A stretch of DNA of 64,000 nucleotides. Source: Minisyncoccota bacterium (lineage in GTDB: Bacteria; Patescibacteriota; Minisyncoccia; Phycocordibacterales; UBA918). Within the stretch, counting starts at the first letter, position 1, and every line of letters starts with the position of its first letter. Shown one piece after another: positions 19,272 to 28,833 of this stretch. The notes under the pieces were generated by a model, which ran no database searches, was not told the DNA's origin, and worked only from the letters and a program-made list of their open reading frames with translations. The stretch spans positions 71,476-135,475 of the forward strand of contig JAIPIB010000001.1 in the NCBI GenBank assembly GCA_021734905.1. The letters are read 5' to 3'. The position numbers and the translations under genes were made by a program.

Positions 19272-19846
19272 AATTTAAAAATTGAAATCAGTTTTGAAAT
19301 GTGATCTTCCCATGATTTCTCAAAATGCAAAAAGGCAGCGGTGGGGAAATCACTAAAGGGAAGAATTTCTGGACGTGGGAGTGGACGCTCAACACAATAC
19401 TGCTGTGATCCAACATTGAATTTTGAATGCGTAATGATTGCACTCATGCGCCGTATTGTGTTGTTGAGGATGCTCCGAAGGAGGGGGAGTTTCAATGAAT
19501 TCTGCAATGATGTTTCGTCACCAAGTCGCATAAAAATTGGTTTTGATGAAAAAAAAGATAGAACAAAAATAGGCACCTCAACTGAAGGACCATTCTGTGA
19601 GTAGATACAGTCAAATTTTTTAGACATCTGTAGAAGTGTCAAAGTGAAACGCACAACTCTAATAGGTAATGATGAAGATTTTTCTAGGGCAGTAATTTCG
19701 ACATTGGAGATTGTTTCAGGAATGTGTCCATAGGTAAGTATTTCTACAGTATTTTGTGAAGAGAGACGAGTCGCAAGCTCTTTAACATAGGCTGCAGGCC
19801 CTGCAATATCAGGTGGGTAGAGGGGTGAAATGAGTAGGATACGCAT
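19268..19846 (-). CDS. Stand-alone GT4 N-terminal (acceptor-side) Rossmann domain, 192 aa. Possibly a split or truncated glycosyltransferase.
   Basis: MRILLISPLYPPDIAGPAAYVKELATRL closely parallels the N-termini of the full-length GT4s at 24027 and 16968. There is no C-terminal donor-binding half. Four-nt overlap with the downstream kinase-like gene. Confidence 0.5.
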   Translation of the reverse strand: MRILLISPLYPPDIAGPAAYVKELATRLSSQNTVEILTYGHIPETISNVEITALEKSSSLPIRVVRFTLTLLQMSKKFDCIYSQNGPSVEVPIFVLSFFSSKPIFMRLGDETSLQNSLKLPLLRSILNNTIRRMSAIITHSKFNVGSQQYCVERPLPRPEILPFSDFPTAAFLHFEKSWEDHISKLISIFKL

Positions 19847-19955
19847 GATGGTACTATAACAATCTTTTGGAAAATAGGTACTCCTTAGAACTGAATGAGT
19901 GTAAGAATGGTTTTTGAATTAGACAGGAACTGGGGCACGTATTAGTATTGGATTA

Positions 19956-21164
19956 ATGAACTTTGCACTGGTACTCGATGGGCAACTCAAAAGTGCACTT
20001 TCAGCGGTACGCTCATTGGGGCGAGCGGGTGTGTCTACGTGTGTAGGAGCAGAACGAGAAACAGGAATGGCTCTTCACTCACGATATACAAAAGAACGAT
20101 TTGTATATCCTTCACCCTATACTCATCAAAAAGAATTTATCGCATCAATAAAAGACGAGGCAGCGCGGTTGGGCGGGAAGCCTCTCGTGTATGCATTTAG
20201 TGATGCGACATATCTTTCCCTGCATATGCATCGGGAAGTTCTCTCGGAATATGTAACTTGCGTTTTCCCAGACCTGAAGTCAGTTGAAATTGCTTTTGAT
20301 AAGGCCGCTACGTATTCACTTGCTCATGTATCAGCAATCCCGACTATCGCAACGTATATGCCAGAGGCCGTAGAGGAAGTACGACGACTCGCCGAAACAC
20401 TTGTGTATCCAGCAGTAATAAAGGCCCGCCGAAGCGTCACGTGGAAAGATGGGGTTGGGATATTTGGTAGCACGACATTTGTTCACAGTAAGGAAGAGTG
20501 TGAAAAAGTATTTCAATTCCATAAGGAAAGTTTTGGAGAAGCACCACTCGTGCAAGATTTTATCCTTGGTGAAGAATATGGAGTTGAGATGCTTGTTCAG
20601 AAAGGGTTGGTGTATGCGAGTGTGGCTCACCACCGAATTCGGTCGCTTTCTCCAACAGGAGGTGCTTCGGTGGTGAAGGAGATCCTTGGTGAGTGCGAGC
20701 TTAAAACTGTGCTTGAGGAATACTCGTCAGTCCTTGTCTCGAGGCTCGTGTGGACAGGACCAATTATGGTTGAATTTAAAGTTGATAGTGATACAAGAGA
20801 ACCGAAGCTTATGGAAATAAACGGGCGTTTTTGGGGATCGTTACCCCTTGCCGTCGCTTCTGGAGTTGATATGCCGTACTTATACTACGAGCGAGAATAT
20901 GAAAAGAAAGAGATATTGAAGACAGTATCGCTGAGAGAAGACGTTGTAACAAGGCACTTTTTGGGGGACGTGAGACATCTTTTGCGTGTATTTTTTTCAC
21001 GAGACAAGATGCGCCCATACCTGTATCCCAAAAGACTAACTGCACTACGAAATTTTTTTACTGTACCAAATTGCACAGTGAGTGATGTGTGGTCGTGGAA
21101 TGATCTGAAGCCAGTGCTCATGGAATTTATTGATATATTTAATAAACATATTTTAGGAAAATAA
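19956..21164 (+). CDS. ATP-grasp domain protein
   Basis: PAVIKARRSVTWKDGVGIF...EAPLVQDFILGEEYGVEMLV...RIRSLSPTGGASVVKE...MVEFKVDSDTREPKLMEINGR, ATP-grasp fold motifs. Confidence 0.7.
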   Translation: MNFALVLDGQLKSALSAVRSLGRAGVSTCVGAERETGMALHSRYTKERFVYPSPYTHQKEFIASIKDEAARLGGKPLVYAFSDATYLSLHMHREVLSEYVTCVFPDLKSVEIAFDKAATYSLAHVSAIPTIATYMPEAVEEVRRLAETLVYPAVIKARRSVTWKDGVGIFGSTTFVHSKEECEKVFQFHKESFGEAPLVQDFILGEEYGVEMLVQKGLVYASVAHHRIRSLSPTGGASVVKEILGECELKTVLEEYSSVLVSRLVWTGPIMVEFKVDSDTREPKLMEINGRFWGSLPLAVASGVDMPYLYYEREYEKKEILKTVSLREDVVTRHFLGDVRHLLRVFFSRDKMRPYLYPKRLTALRNFFTVPNCTVSDVWSWNDLKPVLMEFIDIFNKHILGK

Positions 21165-21239
21165 ACGACTCTCATACCACTTTGCACATTACTTTTATTA
21201 TGTACGGTCGTATATAATAAAAGTAATACTAAGATACTT

Positions 21240-21812
21240 ATGAAACCGTTTGATGAGCAAAAATTTCATACAAAGAGTCGAGTAAATATAGAAGGAGTAA
21301 TACTGAAGTCACTTGCGCTTGCAGGGCTAGTAACAATTGCTGTTATTGCACCAAATGCACTCCAGCTCCTCAAGTATCTCGACAAGGATAGGCGACGTAA
21401 AAAGAATCCAAAACATCTTATCGACGAAGCACTCGCAAGACTTGTCACAAAGAAATTTATTAGTATTTCAAAAAATGGTCAGTTATTCCTGACGAAGGAA
21501 GGGGAGAGAAAACTGCACATGATTGAACATGGTGTCTACCCACTCCCAAAGATAAAATGGGATAAGAAATGGAGGATCGTATCATTTGATGTGAGTGAAA
21601 AGAGGAGAAAAAGTCGAGATAAGCTCAGATTACTTCTTCGACAGGTCGGATTTGTTCGATTACAAGATAGCGTGTGGGTGTACCCATATGATGTTGAAGA
21701 TGTGGTTAATCTTATCAAAACAGGAAGTTTTCTTGGAAAGGAGATACTCTACATGACAGTACATACCACAGGTAAAGATGTTGAATTAAAATCACACTTC
21801 AAACTTTCTTGA
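21240..21812 (+). CDS. Hypothetical protein with an N-terminal TM helix and a possible winged-helix segment
   Basis: ORF flanked by a roughly 40-nt repeated element on both sides. No family recognised. Confidence 0.5.
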   Translation: MKPFDEQKFHTKSRVNIEGVILKSLALAGLVTIAVIAPNALQLLKYLDKDRRRKKNPKHLIDEALARLVTKKFISISKNGQLFLTKEGERKLHMIEHGVYPLPKIKWDKKWRIVSFDVSEKRRKSRDKLRLLLRQVGFVRLQDSVWVYPYDVEDVVNLIKTGSFLGKEILYMTVHTTGKDVELKSHFKLS

Positions 21813-21858
21813 TATTACTTTTATTCTCAACGGTCGGATACTGTAAAAGTAACTGTGA

Positions 21859-22716
21859 TTGTTTGGTAGGTGGGCAGGTTGTAGGTATTTGTGTATACTT
21901 TTTGGTATGGAAATGAAAGAATATAAAGGAATATTGCATTGTCATTCAACCTATTCGTATGATGCAAAGCTCTCACTCCTTGAGCTTAAGAAGTTATTTC
22001 AGGAGAAAGGTTTGAGTTTTGTGTGCATGACCGAACATGTAGATGAACTGACACCAGAGCGATCCGAAGAATTCGTCCGTGAGTGTGAAGTACTCTCGGA
22101 TGACTCATTCCGATTCATCCCAGGCTTTGAAGTGCCTTATAAGCACGCGCATATTCTTATGATAGGTATGCGCGAATTCTTAGGGAAGTACGCGTCGACT
22201 CTTGAGGTTTTAAAAACATGGACAAGCAAGGCAGAGTTTGTTGTTCTTGCACACCCTGTCCGAAATCACTTCGAAGTTGAGGATGGACTCCTAGAACAAA
22301 TTGATGCCCTTGAAGTATGGAACCAGCAATATGAGGGAAAGCGTGTGCCACGAACTCGCTCCGTCACACTTCTTGATGGGTTGCGAAAACAAAAACCATT
22401 GCTTCTTGCAGTAGGTGGTGTTGATTTTCATCGAACAGAACATTTTGGATCACCAGTAACAACTCTCAGTGTTGAGAAACTTACAGAGGCGACAATATTA
22501 GAAAAATTGCAGACAGGAGCGTACAGTGTTTCTTCAGATAAAGCATTTTTCTACGGAACGTTACCAAATAGTGTTGGGCTACTTAGAGCTCACAGACTTG
22601 AAAGTTTAGTATCAGTCACCGTAATCGTAATGGGGAAGTTTGTTAATAAAATACTTGCGTCGCTCGGGCTCTCTCTTCCAAAATCCTTCAGAAACATCAT
22701 CCGAAAGCGACTTTGA
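21859..22716 (+). CDS. PHP-domain metal-dependent phosphoesterase (CpsB/YwqE-like fold)
   Basis: ILHCHSTYSYDAKLSLLELKKLFQEKGLSFVCMTEHVD matches the PHP HxH...D...TEH pattern. The likely start is the Met at about 21904. Confidence 0.65.
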   Translation: MFGRWAGCRYLCILFGMEMKEYKGILHCHSTYSYDAKLSLLELKKLFQEKGLSFVCMTEHVDELTPERSEEFVRECEVLSDDSFRFIPGFEVPYKHAHILMIGMREFLGKYASTLEVLKTWTSKAEFVVLAHPVRNHFEVEDGLLEQIDALEVWNQQYEGKRVPRTRSVTLLDGLRKQKPLLLAVGGVDFHRTEHFGSPVTTLSVEKLTEATILEKLQTGAYSVSSDKAFFYGTLPNSVGLLRAHRLESLVSVTVIVMGKFVNKILASLGLSLPKSFRNIIRKRL

Positions 22717-22835
22717 CAGGTAAACATTTTAATTGTACTGCCACTGGCTCGTCAACGAGGTGGCCCTAACTACACGTCTGCCATTTTGGCAAGTTAGGCC
22801 TTCGAATAGGCCCACTGAGACCAAGTAAGATTCAA

Positions 22836-22927
22836 TTAGCCTCGACGCGCAAGCGCGTCGAGGCTAATCTATTTAAGCTCGATATTATTTCCCCATCATA
22901 AAATAGTACGATCGATCGTACTATTTT
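22836..22927. terminator. Two perfect palindromes between convergent genes: ttagcctcgacgcgc-aa-gcgcgtcgaggctaa (22836-22867) and aaaatagtacgatc|gatcgtactatttt (22900-22927)
   Basis: 15-bp and 14-bp perfect inverted repeats flanked by A/T runs, suited to bidirectional termination. The second overlaps the stop codon of the minus-strand gene. Confidence 0.55.
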
Positions 22928-23907
22928 GGAGTGAGATCGCTTATCGATGTGCTTTGCATTTTGTACTTAGTTTGGAGCATTTTAAAGTGCGTGAGGATGT
23001 CTTCGAGGTTTTTGAAATTTTCTTCTTGGTCGATGCCAAAATTATGTGGGTGCCACCAGAGATGGAAGACCTGGTCGTTTTTTGCGGCATGTGACATGGC
23101 ATTTTTAATACGTCGCATACGGAGTGGCTCAAAGAGTCGAAGAGTACTATTCCATGGACGGAAAAAACGACTGGAAGGAATGTTTACTGGAAAATTCTTA
23201 ACTCTTTCAGGAAGTGAGTAGGTGTGATATCCGCTGATGTTAACGTAGTGATCGAGAAGACGAAGTGCGCGTATGAAGAGTGATTGTGAGGAATCCTTTC
23301 TAGGTTTGTAGAGAAAATGATTTTCATTGCCTCTGTATGTTTTTAGACCTTTTTCAGAACAAACTCGCAAAGCTTCTTTGTCAGTTTGATTTCTAGGGAA
23401 GACTATTGAGGTGGCATGTATGTCATACGTTTGAGCAATACGATTGAAGGCGTCGATGTCTGCCTCAAATATTTCACCGCTATTTTTATGGCCATCGATG
23501 CAGTAGTAGTGCGAGAAGGTATGATTCCCAATTTCTTGATGTGGTGTGCTTAGAATTTTCTTAACAAGACTTTCTCCAAAGTGGTACTTGTCGGCAGACT
23601 CATCAGTACCGATTGAGGATGTCTCGATGTATTGATAAGATGAAACATTCATATCTTCATACGTTGGTCGTAGTTCCTTTGGCGGAAGAAGAGAAAGGAG
23701 TTCTTCTCTGTCGCGCGCCATAAGCATTCCGACAGTTGCCCATGTTGCATGAATCCCGTATCTTTCAAAAATTTCGAGTATTCGAGGAATAGCAGTTTGC
23801 TCCCCCAAGATTCTTTCTCCGTACTCAGCCAAAGTGACTTTATCAAACATGCCCCAAAAGAGCTCAAAATCAAGTGAAACAACGAAATAGCTTTTGTGCC
23901 TTTCCAT
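22921..23907 (-). CDS. Polysaccharide deacetylase family (CE4-like) protein
   Basis: VVSLDFELFWG resembles the aspartate-containing motif 1 and GNHTFSHYY the H-S/T-x-x-H motif 2. Confidence 0.55.
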   Translation of the reverse strand: MERHKSYFVVSLDFELFWGMFDKVTLAEYGERILGEQTAIPRILEIFERYGIHATWATVGMLMARDREELLSLLPPKELRPTYEDMNVSSYQYIETSSIGTDESADKYHFGESLVKKILSTPHQEIGNHTFSHYYCIDGHKNSGEIFEADIDAFNRIAQTYDIHATSIVFPRNQTDKEALRVCSEKGLKTYRGNENHFLYKPRKDSSQSLFIRALRLLDHYVNISGYHTYSLPERVKNFPVNIPSSRFFRPWNSTLRLFEPLRMRRIKNAMSHAAKNDQVFHLWWHPHNFGIDQEENFKNLEDILTHFKMLQTKYKMQSTSISDLTPK

Positions 23908-24026
23908 GGTGTAACTATACGCTGCTAATCAGGGTTTTAAAAGTGAATGAGAAAACTGCTAGATCAAAGGAGAAAAACTTTAAGACTTGATAATTCTAAT
24001 TAATCCTAGATTCTATTACTGTCTTC

Positions 24027-25145
24027 GTGCATACTATGGCTATGAAGATTCTTATTGCAACAGGCTTATATCCACCAGAAATAGGCGGACCTGCCACCTA
24101 TGCTGTCTTTCTTGAAAAGTTTCTAGGACTACATGGTGTCTCATGTAGTGTTCTTCCATATAGCGAGGTTCGTAAGTACCCAAAGGCTATTCGACATCTT
24201 GCGTATATCATTAAACTTTTGTTACGCTCGCAAGGAGTTACTCTGTTCTATGCGCTTGATACAGTAAGCGTCGGTCTTCCGGTACGTGTTGTGAGTTTTA
24301 TTACACGCAAACCTTACTTCCTTCGTGTTCCGGGTGATTATGCCTGGGAGCAAGGACAACAAAGATTTGGCATTACTGAAACATTGGACGAATTTTTACT
24401 TTCTAAAAAGAAAACATGGAAAGTCACGATGCTTTCGCGGATTCAGTATTATGTAGCATTGCATGCGACAAAAGTTGTTGTCCCGAGTGAATATATGAAA
24501 TCAGTCGTTTCACGATGGGGAATTGAACTGAAAAAAATCACAAGGGTTTATAGTGCACTCACCCTTGATCTTTCTACTGAAACAAAGACAGAGCTTCGCT
24601 CGCGTTTTGAATATGATGGATTTGTCGTTTCTACTGCTGGTCGCCTTGTACCATGGAAGGGGATGGAGGTGCTTATTGATGTTGTAGCGCAACTCTATAA
24701 ACAAGGTAAAAAAATACGTCTTGAAATAATGGGAGACGGTGAATTACGATCAGAACTCGAGAGACATGTTGAGAAAATTGGTGCCCAGGAGTATGTGCAT
24801 TTTTATGGCGTTGTCGATAAACGAGAGCTTAAAGATAGAATCAAAGCATCCGATGTCTTTGTGCTCAACACATCTTATGAGGGCCTTTCCCATCAGTTAC
24901 TTGAAGTTATGGATTGCGGTACACCAGTCATAACAACACCAGTAGGCGGAAATGCTGAGCTCATTGAAGATGGTAAAGAAGGACTTCTTGTATCATTTAA
25001 TGATAAGGAAGGAATAATTGAGGCTCTTACACGAGTAGCTACTGATGAAAGACTTCAGGAACACATTGTTGGGAATGCTCACGAAAAAGTTTCACTTTTT
25101 CGTGAGGAAGTTATTATTCCAGAGGTCGTCAAACTATTTACGTAA
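24027..25145 (+). CDS. Glycosyltransferase family 4
   Basis: MKILIATGLYPPEIGGPATYA N-terminus. C-terminal GLSHQLLEVMDCGTPVITTPVGG. Confidence 0.85.
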   Translation: MHTMAMKILIATGLYPPEIGGPATYAVFLEKFLGLHGVSCSVLPYSEVRKYPKAIRHLAYIIKLLLRSQGVTLFYALDTVSVGLPVRVVSFITRKPYFLRVPGDYAWEQGQQRFGITETLDEFLLSKKKTWKVTMLSRIQYYVALHATKVVVPSEYMKSVVSRWGIELKKITRVYSALTLDLSTETKTELRSRFEYDGFVVSTAGRLVPWKGMEVLIDVVAQLYKQGKKIRLEIMGDGELRSELERHVEKIGAQEYVHFYGVVDKRELKDRIKASDVFVLNTSYEGLSHQLLEVMDCGTPVITTPVGGNAELIEDGKEGLLVSFNDKEGIIEALTRVATDERLQEHIVGNAHEKVSLFREEVIIPEVVKLFT

Positions 25146-25148
25146 CAT

Positions 25149-26279
25149 ATGGAAATTCTTACCGTTGGGATCGCCCGGAAAATCTTAGATGTAAAAAGTC
25201 GTGAATATCGACGTATGAGGACGTATGCCAAACACTTTGAGGCATTTCACGCAATTGTTTTAACACGGAAAGAACATGGATATGGTGACGTACTTCACGA
25301 TGAGACATTGAATATTTATCCGACGAATTCATCTTCACGGATGATGATGCTTTGGGATGCGTACAGAATCGGAAAAGAAATTGCACGACAAAAGAGAAAA
25401 TCTACACTCATCATTTCGGCACAAGATCCATTGGAAATCGGATGGCTTTGTTTTTTACTCTCAAGTATCAAAAATACATGTCTTCATGTTCAGATACATG
25501 GTGATTATTTTAGCTCAAATGCATGGGCAGGAAAGTCACTATTGAGATACGCTCGTCGCTTTTTTGCGCTCGTACTCTTGAAACGCGCTGTAGCAATTCG
25601 CGTTGTGTCAGAGAGAATTAAAAAATCTTTATGTAGTAGAGGTATCAGTTCTGGTCGTATCGCGGTATTGCCCATTCGACCGGAGTTAGAATCTTTTTGT
25701 CGGGTGGTATATACAGTTAAAAAAAATCCACCTTATACATTTTTGTATATCGGTAGGCTCGTATCAGAAAAAAATATCACGCGTATTGTAAAAGCTTTTT
25801 CTAATATACATACCAAATATCCAGATACACGGCTTACTATTGTGGGCGACGGGGAGGAAAAAAAGAAAATTGAATCTTTAATTCAAAAGCTCAAGATTGG
25901 TAGTTCTGTTGATATAAGAGCTTGGACAGAAAACGTGCCAAATGAGATGGCGGATGCCGACGTTCTCCTTTTGGCTTCAAAACATGAAGCATATGCGCTA
26001 ACACTTGTTGAGGCAATGGCGACCGGACTTCCACTGGTTACGACTGATGTTGGGTGTGTTGGTGAATTGGTGAAAGACGATGAACACGGCATTGTCGTTA
26101 CAGAAGAAGGTGTCGATGCGTATTCAAAAGCGATGGAGCGCATGGTAAGTGATTATGAATTTAGAAAAGCATGTAGTGAAAATGGAAAGAAAACTATGTG
26201 TTGTAAAGCGACGAACAGCAATGACGAATATATAAGAGAGTGGGTAAGTTCGGTATCAATGGCACTTCAGCACGTATAA
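25149..26279 (+). CDS. Glycosyltransferase family 4
   Basis: KHEAYALTLVEAMATGLPLVTTDVGCVGELV motif. Confidence 0.8.
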   Translation: MEILTVGIARKILDVKSREYRRMRTYAKHFEAFHAIVLTRKEHGYGDVLHDETLNIYPTNSSSRMMMLWDAYRIGKEIARQKRKSTLIISAQDPLEIGWLCFLLSSIKNTCLHVQIHGDYFSSNAWAGKSLLRYARRFFALVLLKRAVAIRVVSERIKKSLCSRGISSGRIAVLPIRPELESFCRVVYTVKKNPPYTFLYIGRLVSEKNITRIVKAFSNIHTKYPDTRLTIVGDGEEKKKIESLIQKLKIGSSVDIRAWTENVPNEMADADVLLLASKHEAYALTLVEAMATGLPLVTTDVGCVGELVKDDEHGIVVTEEGVDAYSKAMERMVSDYEFRKACSENGKKTMCCKATNSNDEYIREWVSSVSMALQHV

Positions 26280-26287
26280 TATAAAGT

Positions 26288-27685
26288 ATGGCAAAGAAGA
26301 TCTATGATTGGCTTGATCCATCAAAACAAGCCGCTGATTATTTAAACACAGTACTTGAACGGGATGATGTATTAAAAGGTGATCAGACACTTGATGATCT
26401 TCTTGAAAATGATGATGACGACAATCAGTCTTATTCCTCAGAAATTGATGTGGAAGTAGATACAAAGACCACACCAAGAAATGCACGTAATGAGCCAAAA
26501 ATCCTTTCAGATATACCAGAACGAGAACAGGCTCGTCTTCTTTTCCTGACTAAGGACACTACAATAATGCAGGAGGGAAGTCTTTCAAATCGACGGATTG
26601 CTGATCTTCGTAGTTTTTTCCTTGAAGTCCATGTCGTCGTACTTACCTTGCGAGAAGAGGAGGATGTTGCTCCCGTACGATTATTTGATAACGTGTGGTT
26701 ATATGCAACGAATTCACGTTCACCGTGGCGCATGGCATATGATGCTTATGTTGTTGTTAAAACCCAACTTATATTCGGAGGTGGATTTCGTGCCGATGTG
26801 ATTATTGCAGAGGATACGTTTGAGACAGGTCTCGTTGGATGTTTCTTTTCAAAAAAACACAAAAGACCTCTTCAGGTGCATATCAGTGAAGACTTTTTTG
26901 TTACGTCTTTTATTGAAGCACAGGAGTATCCACTTTTGTATGAATGGGCAACTAGATATGTTCTTAAGCACGCAACAAGTGTGCGCACAAAGACAGAATT
27001 TCAGCGACAAGCAGCTATTTTGGAATACCCAGATCTCACATCAGTAACTGAGATCCTCCCTAATTATTATAATTTGGAAGGATGGAAAAATTTTGTGCCA
27101 ACCGTAAATTTACGTGAGCGGTATCCTCAATTTAAATTTACATTGCTTAATATTTCATCAATGCGAAAGAGTTCTCGCGCACTTGAAGCGCTTATAGGTG
27201 CGGCAAAGATTTTGCACAGATATCCCGTCGTCGGGCTCATTATGGTAGGGAATGGTCCTATGCGCGCAGTCCTTGAGAGGTATGCAATTTCTCTTGGTGT
27301 TCAGAAACAGGTGGAGTTTGAACCACTGCCGACTGAAGTACTCTCATTCATGAGGTCTACTAATGTACTACTTCATCTTTCTGAGGACGGGGAAGACGAT
27401 GATTTTATTTTAGAGGCTGCTGTCGCAAGACTCCCTATGGTGGCAAATAAAGACGGGATCGCAGGGCAACTTTTTGTTGATGAAGAATCTGCATGTCTGT
27501 GCGCAGCTACTGATATCGAATGCATTGCCAATAGCATCAATAGATATTTAAATGAAAATCAAGATCGTGCACTGTTTACAAACAGAGCATATGACATAGT
27601 TTTCGAACGTGTTGAGCAAGACTATGGAGAATATATCAAGCAGTATGCAGAGAGCATACAACGTTGTGTCGTTAAAGAAGGTTAG
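26288..27685 (+). CDS. GT4-like glycosyltransferase with an acidic roughly 90-aa N-terminal extension
   Basis: GT-B halves are recognisable (DVIIAEDTFETGLVG... and EDGEDDDFILEAAVARLPMVAN). The N-terminus is Asp/Glu-rich. Confidence 0.65.
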   Translation: MAKKIYDWLDPSKQAADYLNTVLERDDVLKGDQTLDDLLENDDDDNQSYSSEIDVEVDTKTTPRNARNEPKILSDIPEREQARLLFLTKDTTIMQEGSLSNRRIADLRSFFLEVHVVVLTLREEEDVAPVRLFDNVWLYATNSRSPWRMAYDAYVVVKTQLIFGGGFRADVIIAEDTFETGLVGCFFSKKHKRPLQVHISEDFFVTSFIEAQEYPLLYEWATRYVLKHATSVRTKTEFQRQAAILEYPDLTSVTEILPNYYNLEGWKNFVPTVNLRERYPQFKFTLLNISSMRKSSRALEALIGAAKILHRYPVVGLIMVGNGPMRAVLERYAISLGVQKQVEFEPLPTEVLSFMRSTNVLLHLSEDGEDDDFILEAAVARLPMVANKDGIAGQLFVDEESACLCAATDIECIANSINRYLNENQDRALFTNRAYDIVFERVEQDYGEYIKQYAESIQRCVVKEG

Positions 27686-27699
27686 ATCTACTAAGCAAT

Positions 27700-28764
27700 G
27701 TGGAGTACAATGCCACGTATTGCTTCCCTATGAACCTACTTATTTGTACACAGACTATAGACAAAAATGACTCAATTCTGGGATTTTTTCATGGGTGGGT
27801 TCTTGAATTTGCAAAGCATTTTGATGAAGTTCATGTCATATGTCTTGGAAAAGGGGAATACAATTTTCCGCCGCATGTTCATGTGTATTCTCTTGGGAAG
27901 GAGTGTGGTGAAAATAGATTGAAATACTTTTTTCGTTTCTACTCCTACTTTTCCAAAATATTTCTTGGAGGGCATGTAGATTATGTTTTCTTTCATATGG
28001 GAGCGATTTACAATATTCTCGCAGCACCATTCTTCGTAATTCGAAAAATATTTAAGACTAAATTTTATTGGTGGAAAGCACACGGACACATTAACTGGGG
28101 AGGTAAGCTCGCTCTTCTTTTTGTTGACATTGTTTATACAGCTTCTCAGGAAAGTTTCCCTATTGATTCTAGAAAAAAGAAAGTGATTGGTCATGCGATC
28201 AACATAAATATGTTTAATGTGGTGGAACGCACTATATCTGATCCTATCGTTTTGTTTGTGAGTAGGATTACACCAATCAAACAAGCTGAATCTTTTATTG
28301 ATACGGTGCAAATACTTAAAACTCGAGGATATAAGTTTCAAGCACGCATTGTCGGGGTAGTGGGTGATCCTAAGTATATGCAATTGATGGAGGAAAAAAT
28401 TCTCAGAGCAAAACTTTCAGATACAATTCAATTTATTGGCCCAATCAAGCATGATCTACTTCTTGAAGAGTACCGCCATGCTTGCGTACTGGTCCATCCG
28501 TCCGAAACGGGTAGTATTGATAAGGTTGTCCTTGAGGCAATGGCTTCTGGAGTCCCTGTGGTGGCCCTGCAGAAAGCATATGCCGATTTACTTAAAGAGT
28601 TTGACCTTACTGTTAATTCACAAGATCCAGTGCTGTACGCAAACTTGGTAGAGAAAGTATTTTTAAATAGAGAATATTTTCAACAAATGTCGGAAAAATT
28701 GAGAAAAAAGATTATAAGCACTAATTCCCTTGAAACCCTATCTGGAAGGATTTTTGGTTTTTAA
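27700..28764 (+). CDS. GT4-like glycosyltransferase
   Basis: C-terminal SETGSIDKVVLEAMASGVPVVAL. Probable start at the internal Met at about 27727. Confidence 0.65.
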   Translation: MEYNATYCFPMNLLICTQTIDKNDSILGFFHGWVLEFAKHFDEVHVICLGKGEYNFPPHVHVYSLGKECGENRLKYFFRFYSYFSKIFLGGHVDYVFFHMGAIYNILAAPFFVIRKIFKTKFYWWKAHGHINWGGKLALLFVDIVYTASQESFPIDSRKKKVIGHAININMFNVVERTISDPIVLFVSRITPIKQAESFIDTVQILKTRGYKFQARIVGVVGDPKYMQLMEEKILRAKLSDTIQFIGPIKHDLLLEEYRHACVLVHPSETGSIDKVVLEAMASGVPVVALQKAYADLLKEFDLTVNSQDPVLYANLVEKVFLNREYFQQMSEKLRKKIISTNSLETLSGRIFGF

Positions 28765-28833
28765 ATACTGACGAAGGAAAGTATTTAAAAAATTAGAAAT
28801 GACAGAATAGAAATGGTGTTCTAATATAGATTT

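Noticed and set aside
22736-22835. Possible tRNA or small RNA in the convergent intergenic region (ttcgaat T-loop-like motif followed by ..acca)
   Set aside because: The putative T-arm has identical rather than complementary flanks (aggcc...aggcc) and no acceptor or D-arm pairing could be built in either orientation. It was kept only as a structured intergenic region.
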